A stretch of DNA of 64,000 nt from NCBI GenBank assembly GCA_963741205.1, contig CAVUHW010000030.1:1-64000 (forward strand), given 5' to 3'. Shown piece by piece: positions 58,690-64,000 of this stretch. Under the pieces are notes generated by a model. It had not been told where the DNA came from. It worked only from the letters and a program-made list of their open reading frames with translations, and did no database searches. The stretch comes from Nitrospirota bacterium (GTDB lineage Bacteria > Nitrospirota > UBA9217). A program made the position numbers and the translations under genes. Each line of letters opens with the position of its first letter. The stretch's first letter is position 1.

Positions 58690-59475
58690 ATGAACAGGTT
58701 TTTCGTCCCGATGTTGGCCGCAATAGCCCTTTCCGCGACCCCGGCGTTGGGTCACGAGACCACAGCTACGAAAGCGGATATAGCCTTGGAAGAAAAGCTG
58801 GGACAGTCTATTCCGGATGACCTCGTATTTACTGATGAATTCGGCAACCGGACGAAACTCAAGGATTGCCTCGGCAAGCCTGTTATTTTCGCCCCCGTCT
58901 ATCTTGGCTGCACGCACACCTGCCCTCTGCTCCTGTCGGGTCTGGCGCAGACGCTCGGACGACTTGAGTTCATCAAGCCGGGGAGGGACTTCACGGTAAT
59001 CGCGCTCAGCTTCAACGAGAAGGATACCCCGGCCATCGCCCGGGCAAAGAAACTGAACTATATCAAGTCCATGGAGAGGCCTTTTCCGCCGGAGACATGG
59101 AAGTTTTTGACCGGCGACGCTGCGAACATCAAAAAGTTTACCGATTCTATCGGGTACAAATTTCAGCGAGACGGCGAAGACTTTTCTCATCCCATAACGC
59201 TCATCGTCGTCTCCCCGCAGGGGAAGATCGTCCGCTACCTTGAAGGCTTGAACTTCCTGCCCTTTGACGTCACCATGGCGGTGAATGAGGCGGCCGTAGG
59301 AAGGGTCGGTTCAACCACACGCAGGGCGCTCACGTACTGTTTCAGCTACGATCCCCATAAAAAGTCGTACGTGTTCAACGTCCTCAAGATAACCGCGACC
59401 GTCATGGTCCTGTTCGTTGCCTCGTTCCTCGTGTACCTCGTTTTCACATCGAAAAAGAAACGGGAAACACAATAA
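58690..59475 (+). CDS. SCO1/SenC family copper chaperone
   Basis: YLGCTHTCP, WKFLTG, FSHP. Confidence 0.88.
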   Translation: MNRFFVPMLAAIALSATPALGHETTATKADIALEEKLGQSIPDDLVFTDEFGNRTKLKDCLGKPVIFAPVYLGCTHTCPLLLSGLAQTLGRLEFIKPGRDFTVIALSFNEKDTPAIARAKKLNYIKSMERPFPPETWKFLTGDAANIKKFTDSIGYKFQRDGEDFSHPITLIVVSPQGKIVRYLEGLNFLPFDVTMAVNEAAVGRVGSTTRRALTYCFSYDPHKKSYVFNVLKITATVMVLFVASFLVYLVFTSKKKRETQ

Positions 59476-59567
59476 ACCCTAAGATTACAGTTGGTAGTTT
59501 ATAGTTTGTCGTAAACGAGAAACTCAAACTATAAACTCGAAACCCAGTTGTTCCGCGTTCGGAGAAT

Positions 59568-61160
59568 ATGAACATGGAAGCAAGTTTCTACCATACGCCG
59601 GGCAGATACCCCGGCATCTTCGGATGGATATTCACCACCGACCACAAGAGGATCGGCCTCCTCTACCTTGGTTCGACGCTGTCCTTTTTCGCTGTGGGTG
59701 TGTCGCTCGGACTCATCATGCGCCTGGAGCTCATTCGGTCCGGCATGCACTTCTTCAGCGCCCAGACCTATAACGCGCTCTTCACCCTTCACGGCGTGAT
59801 CATGATCTTTCTGTTTATCATCCCGGGCATTCCCGCGTCGCTCGGCAATTTCATCATGCCGCTTCAGCTCGGCGCAAAGGACGTCGCCTTTCCCAAGATC
59901 AATATTCTGTCCTGGTGGCTCTTCATTATCGGCGGCGCGCTGGCCGTGACGTCCCTGTTCACCGGCGGCGGTCCGCCGGACACGGGTTGGACCTTTTACG
60001 TGCCCTACAGCATCCGCACGGGTACGAACGTTTCCCTGGCGGTCTTCGGCGTCTTTCTGATCGGACTTTCTTCAACGCTCACGGGCATGAACTTCCTGAC
60101 GACGATCCACAGGCTGCGGGCACCGGGCATGACGTGGGGGCGCATGCCTCTTTTTACCTGGGCTATCTATGCCACATCCTGGGTCCAGCTGCTGGCCACG
60201 CCGGTCATCGCCATCACGCTCCTGCTCATCATCATTGAGCGATTTTTCGGTGTCGGCTTCTTCGATCCGGCAAAGGGAGGCGACCCCATTCTGTTCGAAC
60301 ATCTGTTCTGGATATACTCCCATCCTGCCGTGTACATCATGATCCTTCCGGCGATGGGAGTGGTCACCGACATCATCCCGGTATTTGCGCGCAGAAACAT
60401 CTTCGGATACAAGGCGATCGCCGCATCGAGCCTTGCCATCGCCTTTGTCGGGTATCTCGTCTGGGGACACCACATGTTCACGAGCGGCATGAGCGACACG
60501 TCACGGATCATTTTTTCCTTTCTCACCTTTCTCGTGGCCGTCCCGAGCGGCATCAAGGTCTTCAACTGGATCGCGAGCCTGTACAAGGGCTCAATCCGCG
60601 TGGATGCGCCCCTCCTCTACACGCTCGGCTTCATCTTTCTGTTCTCCATCGGAGGATTGACCGGCCTGATAAACGGCGCGCTGGCCACGAACCTGCACAT
60701 TCATGGGACCTATTTTATCGTGGGCCACTTCCACTACGTCATGTTCGGCGGCGCGGCCATGGGGTTCTTCGCCGGCCTCCATTACTGGTTTCCCAAGATG
60801 TTCGGCAGGATGTACGAGGAGCATCTGGCCAAACTGGCATGGGTCATCCTCTTCATCGGCTTCAACATGCTCTACTTCTCCATGCTGGTCGTCGGCTGGA
60901 AAGGAATGCCCCGGCGCTATTACGATTATCTGCCCACATTCAACGGGCCGAACCTGGTCTCGACCATCGGCTCCTGGGTCCTCGCGATGGGCCTGTTCAT
61001 CATGTTCTACAATCTGGTCAGGTCGTTGTTTGTAGGCGAGAAAGCGGGAGACAACCCCTGGGAGGCAGCGACCCTGGAGTGGCAGACGACCTCCCCGCCT
61101 CCGACAGAGAACTTTGAAGAGATCCCGATGGTCACCAAGGGACCGTATACGTTCAGGTAA
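59568..61160 (+). CDS. ctaD: Cytochrome c oxidase subunit I, A2 type
   Basis: TDHKRIG, FTLHG, WIYSHPAVY, WGHHMF, HFHY. Confidence 0.97.
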   Translation: MNMEASFYHTPGRYPGIFGWIFTTDHKRIGLLYLGSTLSFFAVGVSLGLIMRLELIRSGMHFFSAQTYNALFTLHGVIMIFLFIIPGIPASLGNFIMPLQLGAKDVAFPKINILSWWLFIIGGALAVTSLFTGGGPPDTGWTFYVPYSIRTGTNVSLAVFGVFLIGLSSTLTGMNFLTTIHRLRAPGMTWGRMPLFTWAIYATSWVQLLATPVIAITLLLIIIERFFGVGFFDPAKGGDPILFEHLFWIYSHPAVYIMILPAMGVVTDIIPVFARRNIFGYKAIAASSLAIAFVGYLVWGHHMFTSGMSDTSRIIFSFLTFLVAVPSGIKVFNWIASLYKGSIRVDAPLLYTLGFIFLFSIGGLTGLINGALATNLHIHGTYFIVGHFHYVMFGGAAMGFFAGLHYWFPKMFGRMYEEHLAKLAWVILFIGFNMLYFSMLVVGWKGMPRRYYDYLPTFNGPNLVSTIGSWVLAMGLFIMFYNLVRSLFVGEKAGDNPWEAATLEWQTTSPPPTENFEEIPMVTKGPYTFR

Positions 61161-61234
61161 GGCGCAGAGCGCAAAGAGCATAGCGTAAAAGGATTGAAAC
61201 ACCATACCCGATGCGCCATACCCTCTGCAGACGA

Positions 61235-61858
61235 ATGAATACCCATATGAACGAACTCGCTCACGTCGAACACCGCGACTACACTGGCGCCAAACTCGGG
61301 ATGTGGCTCTTCCTGTTCACGGAGATCCTTCTCTTCGGCGGCATGTTCCTCCTCTATTCGATTTACCGAGACGAGCACTCGGCTGATTTCCATGCGGCGG
61401 GCATGGAAATGAGCGTGACCATCGGCGCCGTCAATACCCTCATTCTTCTGACCAGCAGCCTCACGATGGTCCTTTCAATCTCAGCAATCAAACGGGGCGC
61501 CGGAACCCGATCCATCCTCTTCCAGGCAATCACGATACTTCTGGGCCTTACCTTCCTTGGGAACAAATACATGGAATGGAGCGATCATATCCGGCACGGC
61601 TTCTACCCGGACTCGCCCGAGCTTCTTCTCATGAGCCACGGGAAAATACTCTATTTCGGGTTATACTACGTAATGACGGGCATCCACGGCGTTCATGTTT
61701 TGATCGGCGCCGGAGTCATCTGTTACACGCTCATCCTGACTATGCGCGGCAGGGTAACGAGCACTGATTACGTCAAACTGGAAAACACCGGTCTCTTTTG
61801 GCACCTGGTTGACGTTATCTGGATATATTTATTCCCGTTGTTTTATTTGATCACGTAA
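61235..61858 (+). CDS. ctaE: Cytochrome c oxidase subunit III
   Basis: GMWLFL.TE..LFG, TG.HG.HV, WHLVD.IW. Confidence 0.93.
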   Translation: MNTHMNELAHVEHRDYTGAKLGMWLFLFTEILLFGGMFLLYSIYRDEHSADFHAAGMEMSVTIGAVNTLILLTSSLTMVLSISAIKRGAGTRSILFQAITILLGLTFLGNKYMEWSDHIRHGFYPDSPELLLMSHGKILYFGLYYVMTGIHGVHVLIGAGVICYTLILTMRGRVTSTDYVKLENTGLFWHLVDVIWIYLFPLFYLIT

Positions 61859-61984
61859 ATTTGGTTGGTAGCCGCAAACTTCAGTTTGCGTAGTTCATCA
61901 GGTATGAGACGACCGTCACCTGTTCGCAGGAAAAAGCCTGCGGCTACCACTAGGCGGTCACCCGTCTGGCATAAGAGGAACTCC

Positions 61985-62278
61985 ATGGAACAAAATAAAC
62001 CGCAGGAACATACCGCCGTGCCCGACCGGGTCTTCGTGTCCGTCTGGGTCGCCCTTCTCATTCTGACCGGAGTGACGATCAAGGCGGCGCAAATGCGCAT
62101 GGGCGAGTGGAGCATGATGGCCAACCTCCTGATCGCCTCCACCAAGGCGAGCCTGGTGCTCTGGTTCTTCATGCACCTCAAGTATGAAAAGAAGCTATTC
62201 AAAATGCTGCTCTTCGTCCCTATCGTAACGATAACGGTCATTATCGGGCTCACTTTTTTCGACATCTGGTACCGGTAG
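61985..62278 (+). CDS. Cytochrome c oxidase subunit IV
   Basis: KA.LV..FFMHLKYE. Confidence 0.88.
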   Translation: MEQNKPQEHTAVPDRVFVSVWVALLILTGVTIKAAQMRMGEWSMMANLLIASTKASLVLWFFMHLKYEKKLFKMLLFVPIVTITVIIGLTFFDIWYR

Positions 62279-62317
62279 CGCGCAGACACGAATTGGAAAT
62301 TCACCAAAGGTGACTCT

Positions 62318-63256
62318 ATGGTAACTGGCTGGCCGAACATGTCAAATCCCGCTGACGACACGTTCTTCTTTATCCTCGGGATCGCTGTCACACTCCTGGT
62401 CGTGAACACCGCGGTCATGATCTATTTCGTGATCCGGTACAACCGGAAGCGGAACCCGAACGCCGAGGACGTGAAGGAAAACCTTACTCTCGAGATCACC
62501 TGGACCGTGGTCCCCACCATCCTTGTTCTTGCCATTTTTTTCGTCGGCTGGAAGGGCTTCCAGTACATGCGCACGGTCCCGCCCGGCGCCATGCCGGTAA
62601 AAGTCATGGCGAGGCAGTGGTCGTGGACGTTCACCTACGAGAACGGCAAGGAAGACAGCGTGCTCAGGGTGCCGGCGCGAAAGCCGGTGAAGCTCTTGAT
62701 CACATCGGCGGACGTGCTCCACAGTCTTTTTATCCCCGCGTACCGGATCAAAGAAGATTGCGTCCCCGGCATGGAAACGTATCTCTGGTTCCTGCCTGAC
62801 GAACTGGGATCTTATGACCTCTTTTGCACGGAATACTGCGGCGTGGGGCACCATGAAATGATAACTAAGGTCGAGGTCATGCCGGAAAAGGATTTCAACG
62901 CCTGGTACGGGGGAGAGGCGAAGGCTTCCGGGGCCGAAGCAACAGCCGAACAGAAGAAGGAAAAGGCTCAACCCGGCACGGCGCTGCTGAATGTCAAAGG
63001 CTGCCTTGCGTGCCACACAGCAGACGGGTCCCCGAAGATCGGGCCGACCTTCAAGGGCATGTTCGGAAAGAAGGAAGTCGTGATCCGAAACGGCAAGGAG
63101 CGGGAGATCGTGGTTGACGAGGCTTTTATCAGACAGACTCTGCTCGAACCCGAACTCGACCGGGTCAAGGGTTTCCCCCCGATCATGCCGTCGCAGAAGG
63201 GACTTTTGACGGACAAGGAGATCGAGGAGATCATCGAATATTTGAAGACCTTGTAA
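62318..63256 (+). CDS. ctaC: Cytochrome c oxidase subunit II with fused cytochrome c
   Basis: DVLHS, CTEYCGVGHHEM (CuA), GCLACH. Confidence 0.95.
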   Translation: MVTGWPNMSNPADDTFFFILGIAVTLLVVNTAVMIYFVIRYNRKRNPNAEDVKENLTLEITWTVVPTILVLAIFFVGWKGFQYMRTVPPGAMPVKVMARQWSWTFTYENGKEDSVLRVPARKPVKLLITSADVLHSLFIPAYRIKEDCVPGMETYLWFLPDELGSYDLFCTEYCGVGHHEMITKVEVMPEKDFNAWYGGEAKASGAEATAEQKKEKAQPGTALLNVKGCLACHTADGSPKIGPTFKGMFGKKEVVIRNGKEREIVVDEAFIRQTLLEPELDRVKGFPPIMPSQKGLLTDKEIEEIIEYLKTL

Positions 63257-63264
63257 AACCTTTT

Positions 63265-64000
63265 ATGACATTGTTAACGCCTTACTTCACACTCTGCCGT
63301 ATCTACATCTCCCTCTTCGCCGCCTGCTCCGCGGCCACGGGCTTTTTCCTCGCCCCGGGTCACCGGGCCGCCGGCGTTTTCATTCCCTCCCTGGCGGTCT
63401 TTATCCTGGCTTGCGGCGCGTCTGCATTGAACCAATTCCAGGAGCGGGACATCGACTCAAGAATGGAGCGCACCCGCGACCGTCCGGTCCCCTCAGGCAT
63501 CATCAGGCCCGGAGCGGCATTGTTTCTGGCTTTCGCCTTGATCATCACGGGACTTGCATTACTCTCGTATGACGGCGGATCAGGAGCCTCTGGTCTGGGG
63601 CTTGCCGCTCTTATTTGGTATAACGGCGTCTATACCGGGCTTAAGAAGGTCACGGCATTCGCGTCTTTGCCCGGCGCCGTTGTCGGCATGATCCCCCCCG
63701 CTATCGGCTGGACATCGGCCGGCGGCACGATCCTCGATGCGCGGCTTGGCGCGCTCTGCTTCGTCTTTTTTCTTTGGCAGGTGCCGCACTTCTGGCTTCT
63801 GCTCCTGACCCGTGGAGAAGAATACGAACGGGCTGGCCTCCCCTCTCTCACGAAGGTCTTGAGCAAGGCGCAGATCAGCCGGGTTACCTTTGCCTGGATC
63901 GTCGCGGCCTCTATTGCAAGCCTGGCCCTGCCTCTTTTCGGATCGGTGACGTCGCCGGCGGTCTGCCTTGCATTCGTTCCGCTTGCGGCCTGGCTGATAT
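63265..64000 (+). CDS. ctaB: Protoheme IX farnesyltransferase (heme O synthase), partial
   Basis: LNQ..ERDID..MERT..RP.PSG, WQVPHF. Confidence 0.92.
   Translation, partial: MTLLTPYFTLCRIYISLFAACSAATGFFLAPGHRAAGVFIPSLAVFILACGASALNQFQERDIDSRMERTRDRPVPSGIIRPGAALFLAFALIITGLALLSYDGGSGASGLGLAALIWYNGVYTGLKKVTAFASLPGAVVGMIPPAIGWTSAGGTILDARLGALCFVFFLWQVPHFWLLLLTRGEEYERAGLPSLTKVLSKAQISRVTFAWIVAASIASLALPLFGSVTSPAVCLAFVPLAAWLI

Overview
A 64-kb bacterial chromosomal window. Gene content and order (ppdK-glyS-glyQ, A2-type cytochrome c oxidase, selenium genes) suggest a Nitrospirota- or Desulfobacterota-like organism, which is an inference. Many genes, including essential ones, carry 1-bp frameshifts typical of uncorrected long-read assembly. 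1-26 kb is an accessory mosaic: local duplications, a decaying GlrK/QseG/GlrR-like sigma54 system with a recognisable TGTA-N10-TACA regulon, a multiheme lipoprotein cytochrome, an RpoS-like sigma factor, receivers, a GGDEF protein, an IS110 remnant, a UGA-containing (selenocysteine-type) MsrA and a Tat-exported Mo-hydroxylase. 26-64 kb is more core-like: a selenium locus (LysR, UCA-anticodon tRNA, yedF), ribD, TA pairs, ppdK, glyQS, GH57, rhlB, beta-oxidation genes, a B12-radical SAM/type III PKS/START/ACP/FabF lipid cluster, and a cox operon. Best leads: (1) a Sec-like opal tRNA with an 8/4 fold and U73 (selC*-type, possibly Cys-inserting) behind a LysR box; (2) an MNT-HEPN pair with apparently inactivated catalytic sites followed by two unannotated Lys-rich microproteins; (3) the radical SAM plus type III PKS lipid cluster; (4) a GEMM-I-like riboswitch candidate next to an HD-GYP gene.
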